Positions 41,832 through 52,252 of a DNA stretch of 64,000 bases are shown here, one piece after another; position 1 is the stretch's first letter, and each line of letters starts with the position of its first letter. The stretch is from Oceanispirochaeta sp. (lineage in GTDB: Bacteria; Spirochaetota; Spirochaetia; DSM-2461): positions 64,001 through 128,000 of the forward strand of contig CAXXOA010000003.1 of assembly GCA_963666275.2 (NCBI GenBank). The letters are read 5' to 3'. The notes under the pieces are model-generated. The model ran no database searches and had not been told where the DNA came from. It saw only the letters and a program-made list of their open reading frames with translations. The position numbers were made by a program, and so were the translations under genes.

Positions 41832-42746
41832 TCAATTCTCCAGCCCCAGGATATCTCCCGGGATAAAGCTCATGGCATTCCTTTCCGCATACTCTTCTGC
41901 CTTCTTTACCGCTTCGGCAAGACTCCTGCCATGGAAGATCTCCTCCGCAAGGCCGGCCGTATAGGCATCGCCGCAGCCGATGGGATTCCGCCAGTCCTTC
42001 AGTTCTCCCGGTGTACTGCGGGAGATGTTTCCCTTGTCGCAGATCAGGGTTGTACCGTCTCCGTTGGTGAGGATTACAGAACAGTGGTAGTGATCGTAAA
42101 TTTCCCCCATGGCTTTTTCAAGCTTCTCTTCGGAAACCATTTGGTAGTTCTCTCCCTTCAGGAATGTTTCGCAGAACTCCTCCCGATTGGGCTTTATGAT
42201 ATCCGGAGCGAATTTCAGGCATTCCTGCAGCTCTTTTCCCCTGATATCCAGGATAAGCAGCTTTCCTGCGTTTTTTGCCCGCCGGCTCATTTCCGGATAG
42301 ATCTTTTCAGAGAATCCGTCTGCATGGGATCCGGATATTATGACTATGGAAGAGTCATGGAGCAGCCGGGAGAAGGAGGATAACATTTCCTCTTCCGCAC
42401 CGGGAGGGACGGGACGGCCATGTTCCACAATTTCAGTGGTTTCACCGGAAGCCCGGTCCAGGAGGGTATAACAGCCTCTGACTTCCGAGGGGATGGGGAT
42501 GAACTCTATTGGAAGTTTCTGCTTTACTATGGATTTATAAAAGCTGCCTTCCGGAGCATCGCCATAAGTCAGATGCCTTACAGGGACTCCTGCCTGGTGC
42601 AGGACTCTTGTGACATTGAAGCCCTTTCCGGCACAGCTGGAGGTGTAGATGCGGCTCCTGTTCACCTCTCCCGTCCTAAGCTCGGGAAACTCAAGGGTTG
42701 TCTGCCATACGGGGTTCAATCCGATGGTCAGGATGTATGGGTTCAT
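41832..42746 (-). CDS. 1-phosphofructokinase-family hexose kinase (PfkB/FruK/LacC-like)
   Basis: TIGLNP, AGKGFNV, ISGS, IIKPNREE, NPIGCGD. Confidence 0.85.
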   Translation of the reverse strand: MNPYILTIGLNPVWQTTLEFPELRTGEVNRSRIYTSSCAGKGFNVTRVLHQAGVPVRHLTYGDAPEGSFYKSIVKQKLPIEFIPIPSEVRGCYTLLDRASGETTEIVEHGRPVPPGAEEEMLSSFSRLLHDSSIVIISGSHADGFSEKIYPEMSRRAKNAGKLLILDIRGKELQECLKFAPDIIKPNREEFCETFLKGENYQMVSEEKLEKAMGEIYDHYHCSVILTNGDGTTLICDKGNISRSTPGELKDWRNPIGCGDAYTAGLAEEIFHGRSLAEAVKKAEEYAERNAMSFIPGDILGLEN

Positions 42747-43020
42747 AAGGGATCATCCTATTTCATTGAGGAATCTTTGCTTTTATTGTAAATCATGAGT
42801 CTCCGGATTGCGAGCATTTCCAGTGTGTCAGCCCCGGGTGAAGTCATCATGGGATTAGTGTAGACCTATTGATCATTGAATAGGGTTTTTCCTCCGGTTT
42901 GTGGAGATTCGGTAGAATATCTGTGTAATCGCATTTTATTTGCCTTTCTGACTTTTTCAATAATGTAATATTCACATTATAACTTAATTCCCATCCGGAA
43001 TTGACACAAGGAGACACATA

Positions 43021-44925
43021 ATGAAAAAAAGGCATTCAATACAATTTAAATTAATGCTTTTTACATCACTGCTGACCGCTGCGGGAATGATCCTTATCAC
43101 AGTGTTTATTCTTCTGGAAAGTATTGCTGTATACAAAGACCAGACTGTGGAGAGAGTTCGTCAGGAAACTCTGGCCCAGGGAACCATTTTTCAGGATAAG
43201 CTGAATCCCGTGGCAATTAAAGCAAACTCCATGGCCAAACTTGTCATTCCGGCCATTGAAAATCCTGTCAGGGATAACAGAGAAAACCTGGACAGATATC
43301 TTCATGCTTTTTTTCTGGACAATGGAGATCTGCTGGCTTTTAATCAGTGGTTTTTTCTGATTCCCGGTTATATCGATGAGTACGAATATCTGGGCGAGAA
43401 CGATGCCTATGAGAGGTGGTTCCGCCACGGTTACAGATCCTGGGAGGGGGCGGAGATCTCCATGGATACCCGGGGGCTCGATTATGATCCCTTTGAATAC
43501 GACAGCTGGTTCAACGATCCCTTCGATTCCCGGAAAATGGTCATTACCGAACCCTACCACTGGGATTACGGCGGGACAATCGGAAACCGATTTGTTTCCA
43601 GCATCTGCGCCCCCATCCTCTACAACGGCAACAGCCTGGGAGTTGTGGGATACGAAGTGGAATTGGGGATCTATCAGCAGGAAGTCTCACAGATACAGCC
43701 TTTTCCCGGGAGTTTCGCCTATCTGAATACCGGAGTCGGTACTGTCATTGCCTACAAAGATGAGTTTATCGGCGGATCTCTGGTCGAAGCCATCCCGGCT
43801 TTTGCAGAAAAAGAGCAGTCCTTCAGCGAAATCGTTGAAATTGACGGCTACTGGCATATTGCTTCTCCTATGAAGATAAAGTTTATTGATGATCCCTGGA
43901 TTCTCACCATTGCCATTCCCGAAAAAGTGGTAATGGCACCCTTTTACAGGATGGTCTATCTGGTGGTGGGAATTGTTGTTTTTGTCCTTCTTGTGACGGG
44001 CTTCCTTATTTTCTATCTTTCCCGTTCTCTGGCAAAACCCATCGGGGAGATTGCCCAGCAGGCCGATCTTCTTGCAAAAGGAAATCTGACAGGAACGATT
44101 TCCTTTGCCCAGCGCAAGGATGAGATCGGACTGACCGGTTCCTCTCTGAGAGATATGATTGACAAGCTTGTGGAAATCATTAATGCCATTCAGAAGACAA
44201 CAGGCCTTGTTCACTCCAGCAGCAGGGAAATTGCCAATTTTGCGGGTCAGCTCAGTTCAGGTTCCTCAGAACAGGCGGCGGCTTCCGAAGAAGTGTCCGC
44301 TTCGATGGAGCAGATGGCTGCGAGTATTCAGAATAACTCGGACAATGCCACACAGACTCTGGTGATGGCCGAGAAAAACTATTCTGATGTTGATGAGGGC
44401 GGCCAGGCTGTCAAACAGACCGTGGAGGCAATGGATCAGATCGCATCCAAGATATCCATCATTGATGAAATCAGCAGACAGACCAATCTGCTGGCTCTGA
44501 ATGCCGCCATCGAAGCGGCCCGGGCCGGAGAATCGGGGAAAGGATTTGCCGTCGTTGCCAATGAAGTGAGAAAGCTGGCGGAAAGGAGTCAGGAGGCGGC
44601 ATCGGAAATATCGGAACTGAGCCGCAGCAGTATGGATGTGGCGGCCAAAGCCGGCAATATGCTGGATAAGGTTGTGCCGGATATCAGGCAGACCACCGAG
44701 CTTATACAGGAAATTGCTTCCAGCAGCCGGGAACAGAATGAGGGAACCCAGCAGATCAACCAGGCCCTTCTGCAGCTGGACCAGACCATCCAGGCCAATA
44801 CGGCTTCCGCAGAGGAGCTGGACGGTGTTTCCCGGGAACTGGAGAAACTGGCGGATGAACTGCTGGATCAGGTCAGCTTTTTCAACACCCATCGCGGCAA
44901 TGAACTACTCCTTGAGGATCGCTAG
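43021..44925 (+). CDS. Methyl-accepting chemotaxis protein with a dCache-type sensor
   Basis: TM1, WF..ITEPY.WD Cache motif, TM2, [27 protein letters not shown]. Confidence 0.92.
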   Translation: MKKRHSIQFKLMLFTSLLTAAGMILITVFILLESIAVYKDQTVERVRQETLAQGTIFQDKLNPVAIKANSMAKLVIPAIENPVRDNRENLDRYLHAFFLDNGDLLAFNQWFFLIPGYIDEYEYLGENDAYERWFRHGYRSWEGAEISMDTRGLDYDPFEYDSWFNDPFDSRKMVITEPYHWDYGGTIGNRFVSSICAPILYNGNSLGVVGYEVELGIYQQEVSQIQPFPGSFAYLNTGVGTVIAYKDEFIGGSLVEAIPAFAEKEQSFSEIVEIDGYWHIASPMKIKFIDDPWILTIAIPEKVVMAPFYRMVYLVVGIVVFVLLVTGFLIFYLSRSLAKPIGEIAQQADLLAKGNLTGTISFAQRKDEIGLTGSSLRDMIDKLVEIINAIQKTTGLVHSSSREIANFAGQLSSGSSEQAAASEEVSASMEQMAASIQNNSDNATQTLVMAEKNYSDVDEGGQAVKQTVEAMDQIASKISIIDEISRQTNLLALNAAIEAARAGESGKGFAVVANEVRKLAERSQEAASEISELSRSSMDVAAKAGNMLDKVVPDIRQTTELIQEIASSSREQNEGTQQINQALLQLDQTIQANTASAEELDGVSRELEKLADELLDQVSFFNTHRGNELLLEDR

Positions 44926-46146
44926 GGAGGCGTTCTGCCCCCCGAAACCGAAGCTGTTGGTCAGAGCGGCCTGAACTTTCAGCTCTCTGGCCCTGTTGGG
45001 AATCGTATCGACAGGACAGTCCGGATCAGGGGTCTCCTGGTTTATTGTGGGAGGTAGAACACCTTGGGACAGGCTCATAATGGTGGCGATCGTTTCGATT
45101 GCTCCTGCAGCTCCCAGGGTGTGCCCTATCATGGATTTGTTGGAACTCACCGGAATTCGGGCGCCTCTGGCGCCGAACACCGCATGGATGGCTCTGGACT
45201 CGGTTCTGTCATTTGCCTTTGTGGAAGTTCCATGGGCATTGATATAACCAAAATCTTCAGGTGTGAGTCCTGACTGGGCCATGGCTATTTCCATGGCTTT
45301 GGCCGCCCATGTACCGTTTTCATCGGGAGCCGCAATGCTGGCCGCATCGGATGTCATTCCGATCCCTCCCAGAACAGCATGGATATGAGCCCCTCTTTTT
45401 TCCGCATGGGACCGTTTTTCAAGGACAAGGACTCCCGCTCCCTCGCCCATGACAAAGCCGTCTCTGCTGCTGTCAAAGGGGCGGCTGGCTTCAAGGGGGG
45501 CCTCATTTCTGGTGGAGAGAACCTTCATACAGTTGTAGGCATCTACAACAAGAGGGGTGATGGTGGCTTCCGACCCTCCGGCCAGCATCACATCCGCCTG
45601 GTTCAGCTGAAGAATCTGCATGGCTGTTCCGATCGAATGGAGTCCCGTAGCACAGGCGGAAAGGGCCGCCATACTGGGTCCGTGTATCCCCAGTTCTATG
45701 GACACATTCCCTGCGGCCATATTGGGTATGATCTTGGGAACTGCCAGAGGATTTCCTCTTCCGGGACCCCGGGTCGAAAGTATTTCAAACTGCTTTTCCA
45801 GGTTTTCGTAGTCACCCGCCGCTGAGCCTATAATACAGCCGGCTCTTTCCGGTAATATTCTGGAAAGATCGATACCCGCATCTTTGACAGCTTCAATGGC
45901 GGCACAGACCGCAATCTGGGAAAAGCGGCTCATTTTTCTGGCATTCCGTTTGTCCATAAAATCAGAAGCCCGGAAGTCCTTCAATTCACAGGCAATGGTT
46001 GTTTTAAATCCTTCCGTATTAAAAGCAGTGATCTGAGCTGCTCCGGAAACTCCCTGGATAAGACTCTTATAGAAATCCTCTTTGTTTAGTCCTACCGGTG
46101 TGAGAGCTCCCATTCCTGTAACGACAATATCATCTGCTTTTTTCAT
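44905..46146 (-). CDS. fabF: Beta-ketoacyl-ACP synthase II
   Basis: [52 protein letters not shown]. Confidence 0.9.
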   Translation of the reverse strand: MKKADDIVVTGMGALTPVGLNKEDFYKSLIQGVSGAAQITAFNTEGFKTTIACELKDFRASDFMDKRNARKMSRFSQIAVCAAIEAVKDAGIDLSRILPERAGCIIGSAAGDYENLEKQFEILSTRGPGRGNPLAVPKIIPNMAAGNVSIELGIHGPSMAALSACATGLHSIGTAMQILQLNQADVMLAGGSEATITPLVVDAYNCMKVLSTRNEAPLEASRPFDSSRDGFVMGEGAGVLVLEKRSHAEKRGAHIHAVLGGIGMTSDAASIAAPDENGTWAAKAMEIAMAQSGLTPEDFGYINAHGTSTKANDRTESRAIHAVFGARGARIPVSSNKSMIGHTLGAAGAIETIATIMSLSQGVLPPTINQETPDPDCPVDTIPNRARELKVQAALTNSFGFGGQNASLAILKE

Positions 46147-46231
46147 TTCTTCCCCCTGAGTATAGGCCTTATTTTTGACACAATAAGAGAAAATGTCAAG
46201 AAAATATAAGAAGAGGAGGAGGAAAGGACAC

Positions 46232-46274
46232 AAAAAAACTGCCCCCGGGTGATCGGCACCAGGGAGCAGGTTTT
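46232..46274 (-). terminator. Intrinsic terminator after the CoA-disulfide reductase gene
   Basis: Imperfect GC stem (CTGCCCCCGGGTG..CACCAGGGAGCAG) flanked by A7 and T4. Confidence 0.6.
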
Positions 46275-46298
46275 ATATCCTTAAGATAAACAGCGGAA

Positions 46299-48308
46299 TT
46301 ATCCGGCCATCATCTGCATCAGGCCGCCGCCGTTTTTCACATTGGTAAATCCATTCTGTACCAGAATCCTCTGGGCATAGGCACTCCTGGCGCCGGAAGC
46401 ACAGTAGAGGGTGATATCCCTTTCACTGGATCCCAGTTCTCCCGTCCGGGCCGGCAGCTCGTCCAGGGGTATATTGACCGCCTCTGGGTAGGCTCCCATG
46501 GCATACTCTTCGGGGGTCCTGACGTCAATGACAATGGGGCCGTCCATGGCGATGGAAGATCCTTCTTCCTCCCGGGCCTCCTGTTCCGTCTGATCTCCCT
46601 CAAGGCTCTTCAGCTCAGGAGTTTTTACAGGAACAGAGAGGAATTCAAAACCAACGGCTCTGGCATAGCGCTCCAGACTGGGATAGCCTCCGCTTATGTA
46701 GTGGGCTCCTGTAAAACCGTTCAGGATCAGCTGCCGCACAACCCGGTGTGCTATTTTTCCTGTTTCGTCATAAATAAGGACAGCTGTCTCTTTCGGGATC
46801 TCCATCAGGGCTTCCAGCATCTTCTCCGCCGGGACATTGGGGGCTCCCTGCACTGCGCCCTTCTGATGGGCAAAATAGTCTCTTACATCCACAAGGACAA
46901 TCTGTCTGTTTCTGATAAAATCTTCAACTTCCGCTGCCGTCAGGGAGGGACTGTATCCGCTCATCCGGTTCATACCTGCAAAAGCGGCCATGTTGACAGG
47001 GTCATTGGCGGAACCGAAGGGGGGAGCATAGGAGAGGTCCAGTTCACTCAGATCTTCCAGGGTCATTCCCGCGCTTACGGCTGTGGACAGGACATCCAGT
47101 CTCTTGTCGGCACCGTCGTATCCGGCTGTCTGGCCGCCCAGAACCTTTCCTGTTTCTCTGTCATAGACCAGGTGAATGGTCACCATGCTGGACCCGGGGT
47201 AGTAGGTAACATGGTTGTCTTTGTGGATCACCACCGATTGGGCATCGAAACCGGCATCCCTGGCCTGCTTCAGACTGAGACCCGTGGTTCCGGCCACCGC
47301 TTCAAAGACTCTTACAATGGATGTGCCCTGAGCCCCTCTGTAGCGCATCTTTTTCTCATGCTCCCCGGCCAGAGCATTGGTGGCGGCAATCCTTCCCTGA
47401 CGGTTGGCAGGTCCTGCCAGGGGAATTCTCACCTTTCTGTTCATAACTCTGTGTTCGATCTCTGCCATGTCTCCGGCAGCGAATATATCTTTATCCGAGG
47501 TCTGCAGATATTCATCCACCAGAAGGCCACCGGCCTCACCCAGCTCCAGTCCAGATTCTATGGCCAGGGTCAGGGTGGGGCGGACACCTACAGAAAGGAG
47601 AACCATATCGGCACTCAGCTCTTTTCCGTTATCCAGTACAACAGTTTTTTCTTTTATGGCTGTTACAGACCTTCCCGTATGCACGCCCACCTGGAATGCG
47701 GCCAGCTCCTCCTGCAGAAAACCGGCAATTTCCCCTTCCATCATGGGCATGACATGAGGCGCCAGTTCCACGTTGTGAACATCCAGTCCCCGCTTTTTCA
47801 GGGCTTCCACCATTTCGAGGCCGATAAACCCGCCACCCACAACAACGGCTGTCCGGGGGGCATTCTCCTCGATAAAACTGTTGATCCTGTCCATATCCTC
47901 CAGGGTCCACAGAGAAAAGACATTGGCATTATCCGCTCCCTCCAGTCCGGGGATGAAGGGTTTACCCCCCTGGGAAAGGATCAGTTTATCGTACTCATAG
48001 GTCCTGGTTTCTCCGGTTTCATGGTTGACCGCAGTCACTGTTTTTGCCTTTCTGTCGATGCTTTTCGCTTCGGTCATGGTGTGGACGGTTACATTGTACT
48101 GGTCCCGGAAGCTTTCGGGGCTCTGAAGTATCAGTTTGCTCCGGCTTTTTATATCACCCCCGATATAGTAGGGGAGTCCGCAGTTGGCAAAGGAAACATC
48201 CGGCCCTGCTTCAAGCATTGTTATTTCTATATCTTTATTCAATCTTCTGGCCCTTGCTGCTGCTGTGGCTCCAGCGGCTACCCCGCCGACGATCAGTAAT
48301 TTGTTCAT
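46299..48308 (-). CDS. CoA-disulfide reductase/NADH oxidase family with two C-terminal rhodanese domains
   Basis: GGVAAG, SFANCGLPY, GGGFIGLE, YAPPF; rhodanese DVR..YDETG and DVRTPEEY..YCASGARS. Confidence 0.9.
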   Translation of the reverse strand: MNKLLIVGGVAAGATAAARARRLNKDIEITMLEAGPDVSFANCGLPYYIGGDIKSRSKLILQSPESFRDQYNVTVHTMTEAKSIDRKAKTVTAVNHETGETRTYEYDKLILSQGGKPFIPGLEGADNANVFSLWTLEDMDRINSFIEENAPRTAVVVGGGFIGLEMVEALKKRGLDVHNVELAPHVMPMMEGEIAGFLQEELAAFQVGVHTGRSVTAIKEKTVVLDNGKELSADMVLLSVGVRPTLTLAIESGLELGEAGGLLVDEYLQTSDKDIFAAGDMAEIEHRVMNRKVRIPLAGPANRQGRIAATNALAGEHEKKMRYRGAQGTSIVRVFEAVAGTTGLSLKQARDAGFDAQSVVIHKDNHVTYYPGSSMVTIHLVYDRETGKVLGGQTAGYDGADKRLDVLSTAVSAGMTLEDLSELDLSYAPPFGSANDPVNMAAFAGMNRMSGYSPSLTAAEVEDFIRNRQIVLVDVRDYFAHQKGAVQGAPNVPAEKMLEALMEIPKETAVLIYDETGKIAHRVVRQLILNGFTGAHYISGGYPSLERYARAVGFEFLSVPVKTPELKSLEGDQTEQEAREEEGSSIAMDGPIVIDVRTPEEYAMGAYPEAVNIPLDELPARTGELGSSERDITLYCASGARSAYAQRILVQNGFTNVKNGGGLMQMMAG

Positions 48309-48454
48309 TGTCAACCTCTTTATTTTGTAAGTTGTATATATGAATAATACTATATAAAGTATTTGTCAACATATATAGTTTAAAATTTATATATAATTTT
48401 TTAAAGAATACTCTTTTCAGGGGATGAAAAGGAGGCTATATAATTCTTTAAAGT

Positions 48455-48517
48455 GGACAATAAAGGACAATAAAGGAATATAAGTTATTTTAGTATTGAT
48501 ATGTTGGACAAAAAGGA
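48455..48517 (+). promoter_or_regulatory. GGACAA direct repeats upstream of the HTH_17 gene
   Basis: GGACAATAAA-GGACAATAAA-GGA (48455-48477) and GGACAAAAAGGA (48506-48517). Confidence 0.55.
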
Positions 48518-48530
48518 GTAAGACTAAGGT

Positions 48531-48770
48531 ATGGAAAAAAACATCCTGACATTAGCGGAAACAGCTCAGTATCTGAAAGTTTCTGAAAAAACGATTCAGA
48601 GATTAATAGGAACCCATGATATTCCCTGCGTCCGGGTCGGAGGGCAATGGCGGTTTCTCCAGTCCTCTCTGGACCACTGGCTTGAAGCCAGAATGCAGGG
48701 CCTCGGTACTCTGAATACAGGTTCCCGGGGCAACAGAGAAAAAAACACGGACGATAAGAAAAGTCTTTAA
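48531..48770 (+). CDS. Excisionase-like (HTH_17) DNA-binding protein
   Basis: LTLAETAQYLKVSEKTIQRL..IPCVRVGGQWRF..LDHWL. Confidence 0.85.
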   Translation: MEKNILTLAETAQYLKVSEKTIQRLIGTHDIPCVRVGGQWRFLQSSLDHWLEARMQGLGTLNTGSRGNREKNTDDKKSL

Positions 48771-48779
48771 GGAGATAGT

Positions 48780-49238
48780 ATGGAATATTGGGATTTTATG
48801 AGCAGAGATTTGACTGTCACACTGAAATCAGAACTGAAAAATGAGGCTATCATTGAGATGGCTGAACTGGCCGGGGCAAAAGGAATCGTTGAAGATGTGG
48901 AAGATCTGACAGAAAAGCTTCTGTACAGGGAGCAGCTGATGAGTACTGGTCTGGGGCTTGGTATCGGTATTCCTCATGTCAGGTATGCGGGACTGAAAAA
49001 GCCGGCAATCCTGGTTGGTATCCAGCCTTCTGGCATTTCTGACTATGAGTCCATCGATAACCAGCTTGTAAAAATCGTCATTATGATCCTTCTGAAGGAA
49101 GGAGATCACAAAAGGCATGTCCGTCTCCTTTCCCAGATTGTTCCGCTTCTGAAAGATCAGCAGGCTCTGGAGAGTCTTGTGAATACCAATGATCCGGACA
49201 AGGTCTATGATTTTTTCCGGCAGTCTGTAAATAAATAA
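48780..49238 (+). CDS. PTS EIIA (Fru/Ntr-type) protein
   Basis: REQLMSTGLGLGIGIPH with the phospho-His, D..PV-like segment, H.RLLSQI. Confidence 0.88.
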   Translation: MEYWDFMSRDLTVTLKSELKNEAIIEMAELAGAKGIVEDVEDLTEKLLYREQLMSTGLGLGIGIPHVRYAGLKKPAILVGIQPSGISDYESIDNQLVKIVIMILLKEGDHKRHVRLLSQIVPLLKDQQALESLVNTNDPDKVYDFFRQSVNK

Positions 49239-49258
49239 TTTGTAAAGGAATATCCCAA

Positions 49259-50947
49259 ATGTCTGAATTTCTTGCCAGCACATTCACTGGTTTCAATTAT
49301 CATGAACTGAACACTCTTCTTCTCCTGGGTGTTGCCATTTTCGGAGGAACGATCGGAGGCCGGTTGTTCCAGAGAATCCGCATTCCCCAGGTTGTGGGGT
49401 ATATCATTATCGGTATAGCCGTGGGAACCACAGGAATAAAGCTCATAACCCCCGAAGCGCTGGAGAAATTCCAGCCCTTCAACAATTTCGCTCTGGGGCT
49501 GATCGGTTTCCTCATCGGAGGAGAGCTGAAGAAAGAGACGATTATCAAGTACGGAAAACAGTTTACGGCGATCCTCTTTCTGGAGGCCCTGGGAGCCTTT
49601 TTCATCGTGGGCGGACTGGTCTTTCTGGTCTCCCTGCTCATTTTCCACAATGTCGCTCTGGCCCTGGCCCTGGGGCTGCTCCTGGGGGCTATCTCCTCCG
49701 CTACGGCAGCGGCAGGAACAACCGATGTCCTGTGGGAGTATAAAACCAGAGGGCCCCTGACAACCACTCTTCTGGGGATCGTAGCGCTGGATGATATTCT
49801 GGCTCTTTTCCTCTTTGCCATCGTCTCCAGCGTGGCGGGCATACTGACGGGAGGCGAAAGCGGCAATATCGCTGCTGAGATCATCAAACTGGTCTATGAG
49901 ATCGGCGGCGCTGTGGTTCTGGGCCTTCTTGCGGGATACGGTCTGGCCAAGCTGCTGAGAAACTACAGGGACGAGGAGAGGATCCTGACATTCTCCATCG
50001 GGGGGATTCTGCTCGTTCTGGGGCTCTCATCCATTCTGAAACTGGATATGATCCTTTCCGCCATGGTGATGGGGGTTGTGATTTCCAATGTGGCTCCCCG
50101 AAAGAGTAAAGAAGTTTTTAAACTTATGGAGAAGATCGCGCCTCCTGTTTATGTGCTCTTTTTCGTCTTTGTCGGAGCCAAGCTGGACCTGGGATCGATC
50201 CCTCCCACAATCATCATTCTCCTTTTGGCCTATCTGCTGGGACGGAGCGGCGGTAAGATGATCGGAGCCTGGCTGGGCGGACTTGTCTCCCAGGCGGTAC
50301 CCACGGTGAGAAAATACCTCTCATTCTGTCTTTTCAGCCAGTCCGGTGTGGCCATCGGTCTTTCCATTGTGGCAGGAAACAGGTTTTCCGGAGAAATTGG
50401 AAATACAATTATTACGGTGGTGACCGCCTCAACCTTTGTGGTCCAGCTGATCGGTCCCCTGTTTATCAAATATGCGGTTCAGCAGGCGGGAGAAGCGGGA
50501 CTCAATATTACCGAAGAGGATCTTATTATGAAGAGTACCGCCGGGGAGGTTGTCAACAGGTCTGTTCCCAAAATCAGTGAGTCCACACCGATCACCAGAG
50601 TTCTCAATGAGATCAGCGAATCGGATAATCTCTACTTCCCCGTGGTGAATCAGGAAGGTCTTCTCAAGGGAATCCTCTCCATCGAGGGAATTAAAAATGC
50701 TTTTATCGCACAGGATCTTACTGGGATGATCCTGGCCCATGACCTTATGGAGCCTGTCATTGTCTCCTGTCAGGCCGATAAGCCCCTTCCGGATGTTCTG
50801 GAGGCAATGAAGCATAAAAGGGTGGAAACCATACCGGTTCTGGATGAACGGGGGATTCCTCTGGGGATGATCGAAAACCGGGGAGTTCAGAAGCACTTTT
50901 CAAAGAGGATACTGGAACTGCATCAGCAGGCGGAAGCTTTAGGCTGA
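49259..50947 (+). CDS. Cation:proton antiporter with a C-terminal CBS pair
   Basis: RIPQVVGYII, F.IGGEL, VALDD, FFVFVGA, Q.GVAIGL; CBS FPVV..LKGILS and IPVLD..LGMI. Confidence 0.88.
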   Translation: MSEFLASTFTGFNYHELNTLLLLGVAIFGGTIGGRLFQRIRIPQVVGYIIIGIAVGTTGIKLITPEALEKFQPFNNFALGLIGFLIGGELKKETIIKYGKQFTAILFLEALGAFFIVGGLVFLVSLLIFHNVALALALGLLLGAISSATAAAGTTDVLWEYKTRGPLTTTLLGIVALDDILALFLFAIVSSVAGILTGGESGNIAAEIIKLVYEIGGAVVLGLLAGYGLAKLLRNYRDEERILTFSIGGILLVLGLSSILKLDMILSAMVMGVVISNVAPRKSKEVFKLMEKIAPPVYVLFFVFVGAKLDLGSIPPTIIILLLAYLLGRSGGKMIGAWLGGLVSQAVPTVRKYLSFCLFSQSGVAIGLSIVAGNRFSGEIGNTIITVVTASTFVVQLIGPLFIKYAVQQAGEAGLNITEEDLIMKSTAGEVVNRSVPKISESTPITRVLNEISESDNLYFPVVNQEGLLKGILSIEGIKNAFIAQDLTGMILAHDLMEPVIVSCQADKPLPDVLEAMKHKRVETIPVLDERGIPLGMIENRGVQKHFSKRILELHQQAEALG

Positions 50948-50976
50948 TACCCCTGAAGGGGGGAGTGTCTTCCCCC

Positions 50977-51987
50977 TCAGCAGGAGGATCGCAGGATAAG
51001 TTTTGTGGGGATCCTGTACTCTTTCACTGGATCCTTCCCTTTATTTATACGGTCCAGCAGAACTTTGGCCGCTGTGGTTCCGATCGCTTCGCTGTCCTGA
51101 TCGATGGCTGTGATAGCAGGGGACGTCATAGATAACCAGAAGGCATCATCAAAGGTCACCACCGCAACATCATCGGGAAACCTGTAATTGTTCTGAAGCA
51201 GAAAACTGACAGCTCCCACCGCGGAAAGATCATTTCCGCAGAGAAAGGCGGTCACTTTCTTTTCCTGAACCAGATACCGGGCCAGTCTGTTCCCGTCGCC
51301 GTTTTTCAGATCCCTCAGAAACTGGGATCCTCCGCTTCCTGTTCTAATCAGTTCGGGGTCCGGGTCTATACCACTGCTGCGCAGAGCCTCTTTATACCCA
51401 TCAATACGCTCCCCCATGGTTCCGTCCAGATGGGAACCGATGAATCCGATTTTTCTATGGCCTTTATCGATCAGAAGTTTTGTTCCGTCAAAAGCCCCTT
51501 CAAAATTGGTGGACATTATACAGTCTTTATTAAAGCCTCCGGGAAAGCGGTCAAAAAAAACGCTGGGACATTTGTTCCCGATGAGAGCTTCCATATAGCT
51601 GCAGTCCTGCGCCACCGGAGCAATGATCAGGCCGTCCACGTTCTGCATCATAAGGTTCTGGATATTCTCTTTTTCGATATCCCGTTCCTCATTGGAATTG
51701 ATATAGATAAGGCCGTAACCATGGGCTTTCAGTATTTTGTCTATGCTCAGGGCAATGTCCAGAAAAAAAGCGTTGGAAAGGTTGGAAACAACCACGCCGA
51801 TTGTTTTCGAACTGCCGCTTCTGAGAGTCCTGGCCACAGGATTCACATTGTATTCCAGATCTCTGATTGCCTGCTGAACTTTCTCTTTTGTTTCGGGATT
51901 TACCTTTCGTGTTTTATTAATAACATGGGAGACCGTGGAAATTGAGACCTTGGCCCTTCTGGCCACATCTTTCATAGACGCACTCAT
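50977..51987 (-). CDS. LacI-family regulator
   Basis: MKDVARRAKVSISTVSHVIN, YNVNPVARTLR, VDGLII. Confidence 0.92.
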   Translation of the reverse strand: MSASMKDVARRAKVSISTVSHVINKTRKVNPETKEKVQQAIRDLEYNVNPVARTLRSGSSKTIGVVVSNLSNAFFLDIALSIDKILKAHGYGLIYINSNEERDIEKENIQNLMMQNVDGLIIAPVAQDCSYMEALIGNKCPSVFFDRFPGGFNKDCIMSTNFEGAFDGTKLLIDKGHRKIGFIGSHLDGTMGERIDGYKEALRSSGIDPDPELIRTGSGGSQFLRDLKNGDGNRLARYLVQEKKVTAFLCGNDLSAVGAVSFLLQNNYRFPDDVAVVTFDDAFWLSMTSPAITAIDQDSEAIGTTAAKVLLDRINKGKDPVKEYRIPTKLILRSSC

Positions 51988-52097
51988 TAAATCCAATCCT
52001 CCCGGTACTTTACGAATAACAACCACAATACATCAGTAGAAATTTATGGTCAAGTTTCTGCTCTTTATCAGTCCTTTGCAGTGTCTGAAAATTTTAG

Positions 52098-52126
52098 TTG
52101 ACAGATTCCAAAAGCAGTAATAGCAT
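52098..52126 (+). promoter_or_regulatory. Sigma70-type promoter of the ABC operon
   Basis: TTGACA-N17-TAGCAT. Confidence 0.7.
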
Positions 52127-52127
52127 T

Positions 52128-52155
52128 AGAAAATCGTTTGCGCAAACGATTTTCT
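52128..52155. promoter_or_regulatory. 28-bp perfect palindrome, double LacI-type operator
   Basis: AGAAAATCGTTTGC|GCAAACGATTTTCT immediately after the -10 box. Confidence 0.8.
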
Positions 52156-52252
52156 GCGGAAAATCTAATATCGGTGTAAGGAAAATCTTTACGGGACTTC
52201 ATCCCCCCCGGCAGATTTCCACCGATTCATCGAACACAAAAAAGAGGTATTT

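Noticed and set aside
44905..46146. Lone fabF as part of a polyketide cluster
   Set aside because: No ACP, chain-length factor or tailoring genes nearby.
46174..46198. TTGACA-N13-TGTCAA inverted repeat upstream of fabF
   Set aside because: May simply be a -35 element plus a chance match; no cognate regulator is evident.
46701..48299. 532-aa plus-strand ORF, and similar long antisense ORFs (28943-30061, 36904-37950, 40421-41314, 58418-59338)
   Set aside because: They lie opposite well-supported genes and show no recognisable motifs; typical codon-bias shadows.
48531..48770. Excisionase-like gene as a sign of a prophage or ICE
   Set aside because: No integrase, att-linked tRNA or phage genes; the context fits a regulator.
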